Origin: Eledone cirrhosa
Taxonomy: Eukaryota
Direction: 5' to 3'
Length of the DNA: 64,000 bases
Assembly (NCBI GenBank): GCA_964016885.1
Contig: OZ024752.1
Location: forward strand, 34,596,001 to 34,660,000
The translations under genes and the position numbers were made by a program. The notes below the pieces were generated by a model. That model was not told the origin of the DNA and did no database searches. It was given only the letters and a program-made list of their open reading frames with translations. This document shows positions 41,840 through 55,263 of this stretch, piece by piece (position 1 is the stretch's first letter; each line of letters begins with the position of its first letter).

Positions 41840-42250
41840 CACTCCCTACAACAATATGAAAACAGAATGTATCATATAAAATTGAAAAAACAGAAACGGA
41901 AAAAACCTATCCTTACTTAACGAAAAGAAGAATGGAGTGGGCCTGATATGAAAAGGAGAAAGAAAGCAAATAACGAGAAAATATAACATCAATAAAAAAA
42001 AAGAAGAATTTCTAAAACTAAAGAACAGACTTCAACAAATCACTTGAGAAATATCATACAGTGAACACTCCTTTCCTGGTAATAGAATATTTGGAATATA
42101 TAGAAATATTTACTGGAACATCAAACAGGAAAACATGAAAGTGTGGTAATAGATAACACATCAATGTCGGCAGATATTCGAAATATATTGGGAGGAAATA
42201 TGGAACAAAAGCATGTAGTACAATAAACGAATGCGATGGATTAGAAGGAA
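41840..42250 (+). pseudogene. Possible old R4/Dong-like ORF remnant
   Basis: A-rich frameshifted peptides RKYNI, KNRLQ and YWEEIWN in the order expected before the RT domain. Weak. Confidence 0.25.
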
Positions 42251-42758
42251 AAGGTTTATGAAAAATACAATAACATAATAAACTGAGCCCCTCATAGATA
42301 ACAAGAAAGATACCAATTGAAGAAAAATAAACACGGCCCCTTATAGGTAAAGAGAGAGAGAGACACTAATTGGACATAAAGCGTTACTAGGGCTTTTTCT
42401 TTTAAACCTGGCAGAGACCATCGCCTCCTCGGGTCTGAATACAGCAGATTTCTTCCAAAGAAGAATAGAAAGCGAGGGAATGAAAGTGAGAAAGATATAT
42501 AGAGGAAGAATCGATCCCGAACGAATATCACAAATCATTCTATTCGATGTTCTAACAACTCTGCTAATTTGCCGCCTAAATATGAAACAGCAAAGTCTTA
42601 ATTAAACAATCCTGGTTGTGGTTGGCAGAATCAATAGATCGTTAAATGAAATGATTTTTTAACATCATCATAATATAATAAAGGGAGGAGTGCCGGACTG
42701 TGTCCTGAATATATTTTTTTTATCCCGTTAGTAAAATAAGTTGGATTACTTTGAATAA

Positions 42759-43435
42759 ATAATTGTTTCTACTTTTAGGCACAAGGCCAGCAATTACCCA
42801 ATGCATTACTGGTACTTTATTTTATCGACCCCGTAAGGATGAAAGGCAAAGTTAACCTCGGCGAGATTTGAACTCAGAATGGCAAGGGCCGTAACTCTAT
42901 GCGTCAAAGCATGGCGTGCGACCCTCTACCGATACTGCCAATCCACCGCCATTACTTTGAATAAAAAATGGTTTCTTATATAGGCACAAGGCCAGCAATT
43001 TAGGGGGGAGGGGAAAGTCGATTAAATCGACTCCAGTGGGTGACTGGTACTTTATTTTATCGACCCCATAAGGATGAAAGGCAAAGTTAACCTCGGCGGG
43101 ATTTGAACTCAGAATGGCAAGGGCCGTAACTCTATGCGTCAAAGCAAGGCGTGCGACCCTCTACCGATACTGCCAATCCACCGCCATTACTTTGAATAAA
43201 TAATTGTTTCTACTTTAGGCACAAGGCCAGCAATTACCCAGTGCATTACTGGTACTTTATTTTATCGACCCCGTAAGGATGAAAGGCAAAGTCAACCTCG
43301 GCGGGATTTGAACTCAGATCGTAAAGGGACGTAACTCTGCTGGAAAGCATGGCGTCCGACCCTCTACCGATACTGCCAATTCAGAATAAATAATTGTTTC
43401 TACTTTAGGCACAAGGCCAGCAATTACCCAGTGCA
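42759..43435 (-). mobile_element. Three family E SINEs plus a fragment
   Basis: Same core. Part of an inverted duplication with 38361-38880. Confidence 0.8.
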
Positions 43436-43787
43436 ATTCAGAATAAATAATGAATGAATATTACATAATTTATGTAGTAAATTTCGTAGCTGTTGATTAA
43501 ACATAAATATTCTTATATATAATTGATTGCTTATTTTAAGATCACTTCTTTTAAAATGTTCAAATGTCAATACTTCCGGTTATGATATAACGGACGCTAT
43601 ATTATAACGCTTATATAAACGTTCAAAATATTTGCATCGTTATATCATAACGTTTATATAGCGTATACTATCAGTATGCACACTACACATGCTGGCAGAA
43701 AACCACCCCGAGGGGGCGTCGTTTTTATGCTAGATTACCATTATATATAGTAGACCATTATATATAGTAGACCATTATTATATTAAT

Positions 43788-43977
43788 GGCGGTGAATTGG
43801 CAGTATCGGTAGAGTGCATGGACACCATGCTTTCTAGCATAGTTACGTCCCTTTACGATCTGAGTTCAAATCCCGCCGAGGTTGACTTTGCCTTTCATCC
43901 TTACGGGGTCGATAAAATAAAGTACCAGTAATGCACTGAGTAATTGCTGGCCTTGTGCCAAAAGTAGAAACAATTAT
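43788..43977 (+). mobile_element. Family E SINE
   Basis: Complete head, core and tail. Confidence 0.8.
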
Positions 43978-44542
43978 TATATTGGTCTACTAGCTGTCAC
44001 GTCTACCAACGCTACAATAACCTGTTTGATGTGAAGCTTACAATCCAAGAGTGAGATTCGGGTGGAGTCCATAGGCGAAGACGTTATAGAGCAGATTCCC
44101 AGGTTGGACACGATCAAAGATTGATTACGATATCTTGTGGAGCGATATTACTTTCGCTGAAATTCTCAATACCGAGGAACAATTAATGAATGACATATAT
44201 AACAAGAAGAGCAGAGCTGTAAAAAAAAATAACGACTCTTCGGGAGCCATAAATATGGTCACTTAGGAGAGATAGAGAGAGGAGGGGGGAGAAAGAGAGA
44301 GGGGGGAGAAAGAGAGAGAGAGGGAGGGAGAGAGAGCGAGAGGTAAGGGTAGAGGTTTTGTAAGATCAACGCTGGCTAGAATTGAAAGCAGAACGTAAAA
44401 TGACGCGACTAAATTTCTTTATCCATGTCGTCTGACGCTCTACCAATTCTGCCAAACTTAACCACGAGTTTTCAATTACGATTTCGCTATTTTATATTTA
44501 TTGATTTTACTGTTTTGTGAGCTCTATTCTCTGTTTTTCTTT

Positions 44543-44584
<42 letters not shown>

Positions 44585-44624
44585 CGTTTCTGAATTTGTT
44601 GGCAACATGACCCTCCCAAAGTAT

Positions 44625-44688
<64 letters not shown>

Positions 44689-44690
<2 letters not shown>

Positions 44691-45323
44691 AAGGCGGGTA
44701 AAATTCCCGAGATCCATGGACGAGTTCTCTCCAGCGGTCTCTGTCCCTCATTATCGCTGCCATGTCCAGCGTCTCCAACAGACCAGTGTCTGTCCTTAGG
44801 GCATCAACATACGTTAACCTTGGTCTTCCTCTTCTAGTGTGTCCATGTAGGGGCTCCCACAGGAGCACCTAGTGCAATGTCAACTCTGGATGTCGGTGAG
44901 CATGTCCAGCTAACCTCAATCTCCTCTGTGTCACTTTTGAGCTGACTTTTGGGATGCTCCCATACAGCTCTGAGTTTTTCATCCTCAGTGTATACTGATT
45001 AATGTTCAGAGCCATCCTCAGCATTCTCGTGTAGCACCCAACCACCATCTGAGTGAGTTTCTTGGTCAGTGTCCAAGTCTCAGACCCATACAGCAGCACA
45101 GACTCCACTACAGCAATGAAGAGGCGGATTTTCAGGTCTTTACGAAGGTCCGACTTCCACACCGATCTCAAGCTGTGGCACGCCGCCCAGGCTTTGCTCT
45201 TCCTCTCAACCACATCATCTTCCGTATTCCCAATCTTTGCTCCCAAATACAGGAAGCCCTCAACCAATTCTAGCGGCTTCCCGCCTACATTAGTGATCCC
45301 CTCTGGCTTCTCAACATTTTCTA
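44689..45323 (-). mobile_element. RTE-clade LINE 3' fragment (late RT, thumb and 3' UTR)
   Basis: ORF 44869-45267: FLYLG..KAWAA..LRSVWKS..LKIRLF...VESVLLYGSETWTL..YTRMLRMALNI..RRLRLAGH. Ends in (AT)n. Confidence 0.9.
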
Positions 45324-45325
45324 CG

Positions 45326-45481
45326 GGACAGGAGTGTTAAGGCGAAAAAGGCATCGGATGCTGAATTTGCCGACGACATAGTTTTGGTGACAAATATAGT
45401 GAAGGAGGCAGAGGATTTGATGCGGGAGGTTGAGACTGTGTCGATGAGTGTGGGGCTGAGAATGAATGAGACAAAAACAAA
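45326..45481 (+). mobile_element. Inverted RTE RT catalytic segment
   Basis: Reads KKASDAEFADDIVLV...VGLRMNETKTK, with FADD at 45366-45377. Confidence 0.85.
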
Positions 45482-45483
45482 AC

Positions 45484-45514
<31 letters not shown>

Positions 45515-45520
45515 TATTAT

Positions 45521-46110
45521 TTATACTTCTCTTAGGTCAGTGTTGTTTGTTTGGGTGTTGTTGTTATTCCATTCATTCTTTTTGTTTAGACTTGGCCTTC
45601 TAAGTTCTATTTCACTGGCCTCTCTGATTTGCCTATCTGCTGGGTCATTTCTATGTTTAGATATTATTCTAATTTCTATGTTGTCTATGTTACCGTCGTG
45701 TTGTTGTCTGGCATGTTCGTATAGTACTGAACCGTTTTTTCGTCCTTTTAGTTCCCCCCAGTGTTGGTCTATCCTTTCACCTATGCTACGAGCTGTCTCG
45801 CCTATGTATGTTGTTGTCATGTTTCTGCAAGAACCCTCTGTACATCTTATACTATAGACTACGTTTCTAATTTTACAGTTTATCCGGGGGTTTACCTTAC
45901 ATATGATACATTTCCTATTAGTACAGTGGGTTTTCTTAAAAGGGTAGGTTTTGCTGATCAGGGATTTTATGGTGGTTCCTGGCTTTTCTACCACCTTAAT
46001 CTTTAAGTGGGTCTTTCTCAGGGCCTTACTACACTGGTTAGCTAATTTCCCTCCAGGGGTAGCGTCCACAAACATGACACTCTGGTATCTCTGGTTGTCG
46101 TACCAGTACC
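45521..46110 (-). mobile_element. Penelope-like element 3' fragment: Cys-rich linker plus GIY-YIG endonuclease
   Basis: ORF 45521-46075: FVDATPGG..C..C..C..C..NVVYSIRC..C..YIGETARS..ER..H..H..H..E..LNKKNEW. The stop codon abuts (TA)n. Confidence 0.88.
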
Positions 46111-46235
46111 ATTAGAAATACTTATTACTAATTTTTACTTATTCCTAATTAAATTATTTTTCACTGGGAACAATTTGTCAGCATTTTCTTTTCCTTTTAC
46201 CAATATATCATAACTCGTGTGTTACACCTCTATTC

Positions 46236-46239
<4 letters not shown>

Positions 46240-46327
<88 letters not shown>

Positions 46328-46419
46328 TATATATATATAATATATATATAATATATATATATATAATATATATATATAATATATATATATATGTATATAT
46401 ATGTATATATGTATGTATG

Positions 46420-46453
<34 letters not shown>

Positions 46454-46496
46454 TGTATGTATGTATGTATGTATGTATGTATGTATGTATGTATAT
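46240..46496. repeat. (TA)n/(ATGT)n compound microsatellite
   Basis: Direct inspection. Confidence 0.95.
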
Positions 46497-47051
46497 AACT
46501 ACTTTTATCGTTATTATTTTTTTAAATTATTGTTCTCTGTTTTTCATTTTATTTTTATTTTTTATTTGGACGATTATTTGTTTATTTATATATCTATATT
46601 GTTGTTGTTGTTGCTGTTTTGTTTCTCGGGCTTCTCCCAATTCGTGTTGTCAATGTTGTTACTGTAAATTTTGTATTTCGTGCTTCTTTTCTTCTCCAAT
46701 TCGTGTTGTCATTGTTGTTGTTGGTGTTGTTACTGTTGTTACTATCACTCTTTATTGTGATTTGCCGTCGTTGTCGCCGCCGTTGCCGTTGTCGTTGTTG
46801 TTGTTCAGTTTGTCAGTTTGCTTTCTTTCACGAAGTTAATCTCGGGATTATAAACAAGAAGAGCAAATGACGTGACGTTTGTTTATTTTCAAGTTTACAG
46901 GTCAATTATTTTATCTGATAACATCGTTTGTTTTTCTCTTTCTTTCCTTCTCTTTTTTCTTTGTTATATGTTTTGTTTTCCTTTTATTTTTTCTTCTTCT
47001 CTCAAATAAAGTTTCAAAAGTAAGTTCGCGAGAGATCTAAAACTGGCACGG

Positions 47052-47547
<496 letters not shown>

Positions 47548-47885
47548 AAGAAAAAGAGAGAATAGATTTAGAAACGTGATGCTTGTTTTTTAAACCTACC
47601 AATTTCCTAGTAACAATCAGAGTTGGAAAGAATGTGAGATATGCAACTGATATCCGTGTAACTATGCTGAGGATTGAACGCCAGCAACTGATATTGACCC
47701 CCAAATCGTTCTATAATACATTGATTTATTGTATATCCCTGAACCCTTGAACTCCTTCTCAAACTTCTCAGGGACAAGATTAGTTTAAAATGAGTTATTA
47801 AAAATCTAAGAAAAAATACGATGATCAGATAGAAAAATAGTACAAATATAAATGTCAGCTGCTTTGATTTTTGATTTTCTCTTTG

Positions 47886-48911
47886 ATGTATGTATGTATG
47901 TATGTATGTATGTATGTATGTATGTATGTATGTATGTATGTATGTATGTATGTATGTATGTATGTATGTATGTTTGTTTGTTTGTATGTATGTATGCATG
48001 TATGTTTGTATGTATGTATGTGTGTATGTGTGTATGTATGTATGTGTGTATGTATGTATGCATGTATGTTTGTATGTGCGTATGTATGTATGTATATGTG
48101 TATATGTGTATATGTATGTATGCGTGTATGTGCGTATGTATGTATGTATGTATGTATGTATGTATGTATGTATGTATGTGGTTATGTATGTATGTATGTA
48201 TGTATGTATGTATGTATGTATGTATGTATGTTTGTATGTAAGCACTATGTGTCAATAATTGTCACAAGTGTAGTGTTTGTACCAGAGTTTTCAAGTCGCT
48301 GGCTGGACTAAAAAGTCACTCGTTCAGCGCATCGGTAGGGGTACTCCTACATGGATATAAAGTAGTGGCCGTACTCGAAAACGAGTTGGCAGCCACCATG
48401 TATGTATGTATGTATGTATGTATGTATGTATGTATGTATGTATGTATGTATGTATGTATGTATGCATGCATGTTTGTATGTGCGTATGTATGTATATGTG
48501 TATGTATGTATGTATGTTTGTTTGTATGTATGTATGTATGTATGTATGTATGCATATATGTTTGTATGTGCGTATGTATGTATGTATGCATGTATGTTTG
48601 TATGTGCGTATGTATGTATGTATGTATATGTGTATGTATGTGTTTATGTGCGTATGTATGTATGTATGTATGTATGAATGTATGTTTGTATGTATGCATG
48701 TATGTTTGTATGTGCGTATGTATGTTTGTATATGTGTATGTATGTATGTGTGTATGTGCGTATGTATGTATGTATGTATGTATGTATGTATGTATGTATG
48801 TATGAATGTATGTATGTATGTATGTACGTATGTATGTATGTATGTTTGTATGTATGCATGTATGTTTGTATGTGCGTATGTAAGTATGTATATGTGTGTG
48901 TATGTAGTATG

Positions 48912-48944
<33 letters not shown>

Positions 48945-49969
48945 GCGTATGTATGTATGTATGTGTGTATGTATGTATGTATGTATGTATGTATGTATGT
49001 ATGTATGTATGTATGTATGTATGCATGCATGTATGTTTGTATGTATCTATGTATGTATGTATGTATGTATGTATGTATGTATGTATGCATGTATGTTTGT
49101 ATGTGCGTATGTATGTATGTATATGTGTATGTATGTATGTATGTATGTTTGTTTGTATGTATGTATGTATGTATGTATGTATGTTTGTATGTGCGTATGT
49201 ATGTATGTATGCATGTATGTTTGTATGTGCGTATGTATGTATGTATGTATGTGTGTATGTATGTATGTGTGTATGTGCGTATGTATGTATGTATGTATGT
49301 ATGTATGTATGTATGTATGTATGTATGTATGAATGTATGTTTGTATGTATGTATGTATGTATGTATGCATGTATGTTTGTATGTATGTATGTATGTATGT
49401 ATGTTTGTATGTATGTATGTATGTATGTATGTATGTATATGTGTATGTATGTATGTATGTATGTATGTTTGTTTGTATGTATGTATGTATGTATGTATGT
49501 ATGTTTGTATGTGCGTATGTATGTATGTATGCATGTATGTTTGTATGTGCGTATGTATGTATGTATATGTGTATGTATGTGTGTATGTGCGTATGTATGT
49601 ATGTGCGTATGTGCGTATGTATGTATGTATGTATGTATGTATGTATGTATGTATGTATGTATGTATGTATGTATGTATGAATGTATGTTTGTATGTATGT
49701 ATGTATGTATGTACGTATGTATGTATGTTTGTATGTATGCATGTATGTTTGTATGTGCGTATGTATGTATGTATATGTGTATGTATGTATGTATGTATGC
49801 ATGTATGTTTGTATGTGCGTATGTATGTATGTATATGTGTATGTATGTATGTATGTATGTATGTGTGTATGTTTGTATGTGCGTATGTATGTATGTATGT
49901 ATGTATGAATGTATGTATATATGTATGTATGTATGTATGTATGTAAGTATATATATGTATGTATGTATG

Positions 49970-50001
<32 letters not shown>

Positions 50002-50050
50002 TGTATGTATGTATGTATGTATGTATGTATGTATGTATGTATGTATGTAT
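47886..50050. repeat. About 2.1-kb degenerate (ATGT)n field
   Basis: ATGT with recurrent ATGCATGTATGTTTGTATGTGCGT variants. Confidence 0.95.
48242..48398 (+). mobile_element. Family C, 5'-truncated, inside (ATGT)n
   Basis: Matches 35000-35158 and continues into an (ATGT)n tail. Confidence 0.85.
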
Positions 50051-50052
50051 AT

Positions 50053-50330
50053 TGGGAGTGAAAGGCCCCCAGTTGTTGTCACAACATCTTTCTAGGAGAG
50101 GGGAAACTCTGAAAAAAAAAAAAAAAACCTGCGGCTTCGGAAGCAACCGATGATGTTGACTAGTTCTCCTTTTCTGGTAGTGTTTTCGATGCCCAGAGAG
50201 TGGGATTGGTCGAGTGCAAGGCCTTTCACCAATTAAAAAACCTTCAAAGCACAGGCATTGCTTATTCAGGATATGTTACAGATTCGTATGGCTGGCCGTA
50301 GCCTAAAGGTGCACCGTTTTCTGTAATCTG
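50053..50330 (+). mobile_element. Family D fragment (relative of the family C 5' part)
   Basis: Matches 59422-59670. Shares GATGTTGAC..TTTTTCTGGTA..AGAGAGTGGGA..GCACAGGCATTGCTT with family C. Confidence 0.7.
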
Positions 50331-50363
50331 ACAAGCGATAGCAATACTCTTAGCAGAGTTTAC

Positions 50364-50550
50364 GGTGGATTGGCAGTATCGGTAGAGGGTCTGGCGCTAT
50401 GCTTTGCAGCAAAGAGTTACGCCCCTTTATATTTTGAGTTCAAATCCCGCCGAGGTTAACTTTGCCTTTCATCCTTACGGGGTCGATAAAATAAAGTACC
50501 AGTAATGCACTGGATAATTGCTGGCCTTGTGCCAAAAGTAGAAACAATTA
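50364..50550 (+). mobile_element. Family E SINE
   Basis: Head, core and tail present. Confidence 0.8.
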
Positions 50551-50841
50551 TGTATGTATATATATGTGTGTGTATGTATGTATCTATCACTGTCCTTGTA
50601 CCAATTTCTTACAATAAGGAAGCGATGCATTATTTGTGTCGGCTGTCAATTTTCCTTGAAGCGATAGGAACGGCACTAACTCGTATGACCAACGTTTGTT
50701 GACGACTTTCAAAATGGCGGAGTTTGTAACGAGATTTTTATGCACCATTTTGCTATGTTGCCATAAACAACCAGTCTCCCAATAAACTAAATAAAATATA
50801 GAAAGAAAGATAGATAGATACATAGATAGATAGATAGATTG

Positions 50842-50877
<36 letters not shown>

Positions 50878-50879
50878 AC

Positions 50880-50912
<33 letters not shown>

Positions 50913-51188
50913 ATTAATTGATTGATTGATAGATAAAAAAGGAACGATAAAAAGCTAGAGAGAAATAAATAAATAAATAAAGAAAGAAATAAATAAATAA
51001 AGAAAGAAAGAAAGAAAGAAAGAAATAAAGAAAGAAGAGGCTGACATCTAACTGGCAAAGGGTGAAACATCACTACAATAGTCTTTGTACTGAAGTGACC
51101 GTACAAAGTGAACTGGTCAGAGAGCTGGTGGACAGTGGGACAGTTTGTCTCGCCACACAGGCTCTTTAGCCACCTCCATATTTAACTA

Positions 51189-51865
51189 TTTGATATCGTT
51201 CGATCTTAGGCTTCATTCCAACATATTTCTCTCACTACAGGTTTATACATACATACATACATACATACATACATACATACATACATACATACATGCATAC
51301 ATGCATACATACATACATACATACATGCATACATACATACATACATACATACATGCATACATGCATACATACATACATACATACATACATACATACATAC
51401 ATACATGGTGGCTGCCAACTCGTTTTCGAGTACGGCCACTACTTTGATATCGTTCGATCTTAGGCTTCATTCCAACATATTTCTCTCACTACAGGTTTAT
51501 ACATACATACATACATACATACATACATACATACATACATACATACATGCATACATGCATACATACATACATACATACATACATACATACATACATGCAT
51601 ACATACATACATACATACATGCATACATGCATACATACATACATACATACATACATACATACATACATACATGGTGGCTGCCAACTCGTTTTCGAGTACG
51701 GCCACTACTTTGATATCGTTCGATCTTAGGCTTCATTCCAACATATTTCTCTCACTACAGGTTTATACATACATACATACATACATACATACATACATAC
51801 ATACATACATACATACATACATACATGGTGGCTGCCAACTCGTTTTCGAGTACGGCCACTACTTT
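51189..51865. repeat. Tandem triplication: about 57-bp unique segment + (ACAT)n + 39-bp family C end
   Basis: TTTGATATCGTTCGATCTTAGG...CTACAGGTTT at about 51189, 51443 and 51709. Confidence 0.9.
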
Positions 51866-52460
51866 ATATCCATGTAGGAGAACCCCTACCGATGCGCTGA
51901 ACGAGTGTGACTGTTTAGTCCAGCCAGCGACTTGAAAACTCTGGTACAAACACTACACTTGTGGCAATTATTGACACATAGTGCTGGGCCCATGGTACCA
52001 TGTGAAGACAAGTGCAGAGAGATCTCCAGATATAAAGCAATGCCTGTGCTGTGAAGCTTTTATAGTGAGCAAAGGCATATATACATACATACATACATAC
52101 ATACATACATACATACATACATACATACATACATACATACATACATACATAGTGGCTGCCATCTCGTTTTCGAGTACGGCCACTACTTTATATCCATGTA
52201 GGAGAACCCCTACCGATGCGCTGAACGAGTGTGACTTAGTCCAGCCAGCGACTTGAAAACTCTGGTACAAACACTACACCTGTGGCAATTATTGACACAT
52301 AGTGCTGGGCCCATGGTACCATGTGACGACAAGCGCAGAGAGATCTCCAGATATAAAGCAATGCCTGTGCCGTGAAGCTTTTATAGTGAACAAAGGCACT
52401 GCACAAAGCCAGTCCCACTCTCTTAACCAAGATGATATTTACCAAAAAGAAGAACAAGTC
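51825..52460 (-). mobile_element. Two 5'-truncated family C copies (about 51825-52077 and 52152-52460)
   Basis: Match family C 3' halves, separated by (ACAT)n. Confidence 0.85.
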
Positions 52461-52487
52461 ATACATACATACATACATACATACATA

Positions 52488-53020
52488 GCACTTCGGAAAA
52501 TAAAATTAACAACAAACGAGGAAGAATATATTGAGACAGATGGCACTAAGGAATACTGGTGGAACCTGAAAATAAAAACTGCCACCAAATTAAAGCACAA
52601 CCGGCCTGATATTGTAGTTTGGGACCACACATTGAAAACGTGTTCTGTTGTGGAGATCAGCTGCCCACTTGATGTAAACGTTGTCAGAAAAATACAGGAG
52701 AAGGAGGACATCTACGGACCATTGATGAGGAGTTTACAAATCCAGTATCCAAGATACACCTTTAGCTTCATACCCATCATTATTGGTGCTACGGGTTATA
52801 TACCAACCCGCTTGGACCAAAGTATGACTGAACTTGGATTTGCGGACAAAAAGCGCAGCTCCCTAATTCATAGTCTACAAATGGCTGCGATAGCTGGCAC
52901 CTTCAAAATTTGCAAAACATTCTTGTGATTCAAGGGATGACAATTTCTTTTCTTTTACAACCTTGCCACCAGGAAGGTGGCCGGTCAAAAATATATACTC
53001 GAAATTAAGAGAAAGAGAAA
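52488..53020 (+). mobile_element. R4/Dong-like non-LTR retrotransposon 3' end (restriction-like endonuclease plus 3' UTR)
   Basis: YWWNLKIKT..KHNRPDIVVWD..VVEISCP.D..KEDIY..L..PIIIGATG, stop at 52928. (ACAT)n on both sides. Confidence 0.85.
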
Positions 53021-53034
53021 ACATACATACATAC

Positions 53035-53349
53035 ATTAATCAGTATACACTGAGGATAAAGAACTCAGAGCTGTACTGGAGCCTGCCAAAAGTCAGCTCG
53101 AAAGTAACACAGAAGAGACTGAAGTTAGCTGGACATGCTAACCGACATCCAGAGTTGACACTGCACTCAGTGCTCCTGTGGGAGCCCCTGCACGGACACA
53201 CTAGAAGAGGGAGACCGAAGTTGGCATAGGTTGATGTCCTATGAACAGACACTGGTCTCTTGGAGACACAGGACATGGCAGCGATGATGAGGGACAGAGA
53301 CCGCGGGAGAGAACTCGTCCATGGATCTCGGGAATTTTACCCGCCCTAG
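53035..53349 (+). mobile_element. RTE LINE 3' fragment, same family as 44689-45323
   Basis: INQYTLRIKNSELY..RLKLAGH..LLWEP.HG..RGRP. Same 3' end GGAATTTTACCCGCC.TAG. Confidence 0.85.
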
Positions 53350-53437
53350 ATATATACATACATATAGACAAACGTAAACGTACGTACATAGGTACAGGCA
53401 GAAATACATACACATATGTATAACTATCTATTGGAAT

Positions 53438-54195
53438 GTGGTGCCACGTGACCTAGTGGTAAGGGTGTTGGGCTTACGATCATAATGTCGTGCGTTCAAT
53501 TTCTGGATTGTGTGTTGTGTTCTTGAGCAAAACACTTCATTTCACGTTGCTCCAGTACACTCAGCTGAAAATGAGTACTAGCAATAGCTGGGGGTTTAAC
53601 CCTGCGATGGACTGGCATCCTGTTCAGGGGGGAGTTTTGTACTCTCACTCACTTCACACCATGAAACCGGGATAAGCACCAGCCAAATGACCCTTCTGGC
53701 TTGGGACAGACTTTAGATCTATTGGAATATTGGATAGACAATCAATATGTAGATAGACAATCGTAGGAACATATAGTTATCTATTAGAAGATGTACATAC
53801 ATACAGGCAAATATATACATGTGTATAGCATTCTGTTAGAAGATGTAGATAGACAATCGTAGATAAACAAACATTCATACAAGCAGATATACACATATGT
53901 ACAGCATTCTCTGTGGAGGCACGTGGCCTAGTGGTAAGTGTGTTCGACTTACGATCATAATGTCGTGGGTTCGATACTTGGGTTGCGTGTTTTGTTCTTG
54001 AGCAAAAACACTTCATTTCACTTCACGTATACTTAGCTGAAAATGAGTACCAGCAATAGCTGGGTGTTTAACTCTGCGATGGACTGGCGTCCTGTCCAGG
54101 TGGGAGGGGTCTTGTACTCACAGTCGCTTCACGCCATGAAACCGGGATAAGCACCGGCCAAATGAGCCTTTTGGCGCTTAAGACAGACTTTAGAC
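53438..54195 (+). mobile_element. Two tRNA-derived SINEs (family F; about 53438-53716 and 53912-54195)
   Basis: TGGCCTAGTGG A box, GGTTCGAT B box, TTCTTGAGCAAAAC, CTGCGATGGACTGGC..CCTGT and GAAACCGGGATAAGCACC blocks. Confidence 0.75.
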
Positions 54196-54387
54196 TTAGA
54201 TAGCACTCTATTGAAGATGTAGATAGCCAAACGCACACACACAGAGGCAAGTATCAGTACCAGATTTAGGACAAATGAGGCCCTGTGCTAGTTAAGTTAT
54301 GAAGCCTTTTACATTCGAAAAATTCATCACACAAAAAAAGATGTTTTGGCAGGAAAATGGGCTCCCGCTGGCACAATATATGATATA

Positions 54388-54576
54388 TAATTGTTTCTAC
54401 TTTTGGCACAAGGCCAGCAATTATCCCAGTGTATTACTGGTACTTTATTTTATCGACCCCGTAAGGATGAAAGGCAAAGTTAACCTCGGCGGGATTTGAA
54501 CTCAGAATGACAAGGGCCGTAACTCAATACGTCAAAGAATGGCGTCCGACCCTCTACCGATACTACCAATCCACCA
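54388..54576 (-). mobile_element. Family E SINE
   Basis: Reverse complement of the family core. Confidence 0.8.
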
Positions 54577-54820
54577 ATGGCAATCCTGCACTGACAAGTA
54601 TATATAAACATGCATAGCTATCTATTCATTGATTGGAAAGTCTGTGTGATTATTTCCTCATCCGTTAGTTCAGGCTGTCCACGAAAATATACAGAACATT
54701 CAACATCACAAACGGAATTTCCAACGTTATGTCTTCGAGTATGTAACATGTTTTACTGGTATATATAAGTGTATAACACATATATACACATATACGTATA
54801 TACATATATATACATGTATA

Positions 54821-54907
<87 letters not shown>

Positions 54908-55004
54908 ATAATATATATATATATAAGCTTATCCCGGGTTCAACCGGGGGGGGGGGTAACCACAGTAAGTAAGGTACTCAATACATAGCAGAGTATAACA
55001 TTTA

Positions 55005-55108
55005 ATATAGGAATGGCTTCTGCAGGACTAGAACAGTTTCATTCGGAGGAAATCATTTCCTGATGATTTCCTCCGAATGAAATAGTTCTAGTCCTGTAGA
55101 AGCCATTC

Positions 55109-55114
<6 letters not shown>
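55005..55114 (+). ncRNA. Palindrome with a hammerhead core at the apex, inside element 54925-55114
   Basis: CTGATGA(55060-66)-T-TTC ctcc GAA-T-GAAA(55079-82)..GTC(55091-93). The mirrored arm gives a better stem III (ACTG ttc TAGT). Upstream GTACTCAATAC motif is shared with P1. Confidence 0.6.
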
Positions 55115-55170
<56 letters not shown>

Positions 55171-55171
55171 A

Positions 55172-55263
55172 AGAACGATCGACTTTCGTCAAATCGGACC
55201 GAGGAAACAATGTTTCCGTTGGTCTTTCCAATTGCTAGTACTATCTATCGGTCGCAACTCCAG
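55172..55263 (-). mobile_element. Family B SINE 3' fragment
   Basis: Reverse complement of 35728-35818. Confidence 0.75.

Noticed and set aside
42370-42436. Possible hammerhead remnant on the minus strand (CCGAGGA-GGC..GCC); similar partial hits at about 32757-32780 and 55353-55367
   Set aside because: GAAA or the stems are missing. Too degenerate to support.
50700-50725. YY1-like CAAAATGGCGG as a promoter
   Set aside because: Isolated motif with no associated gene evidence.
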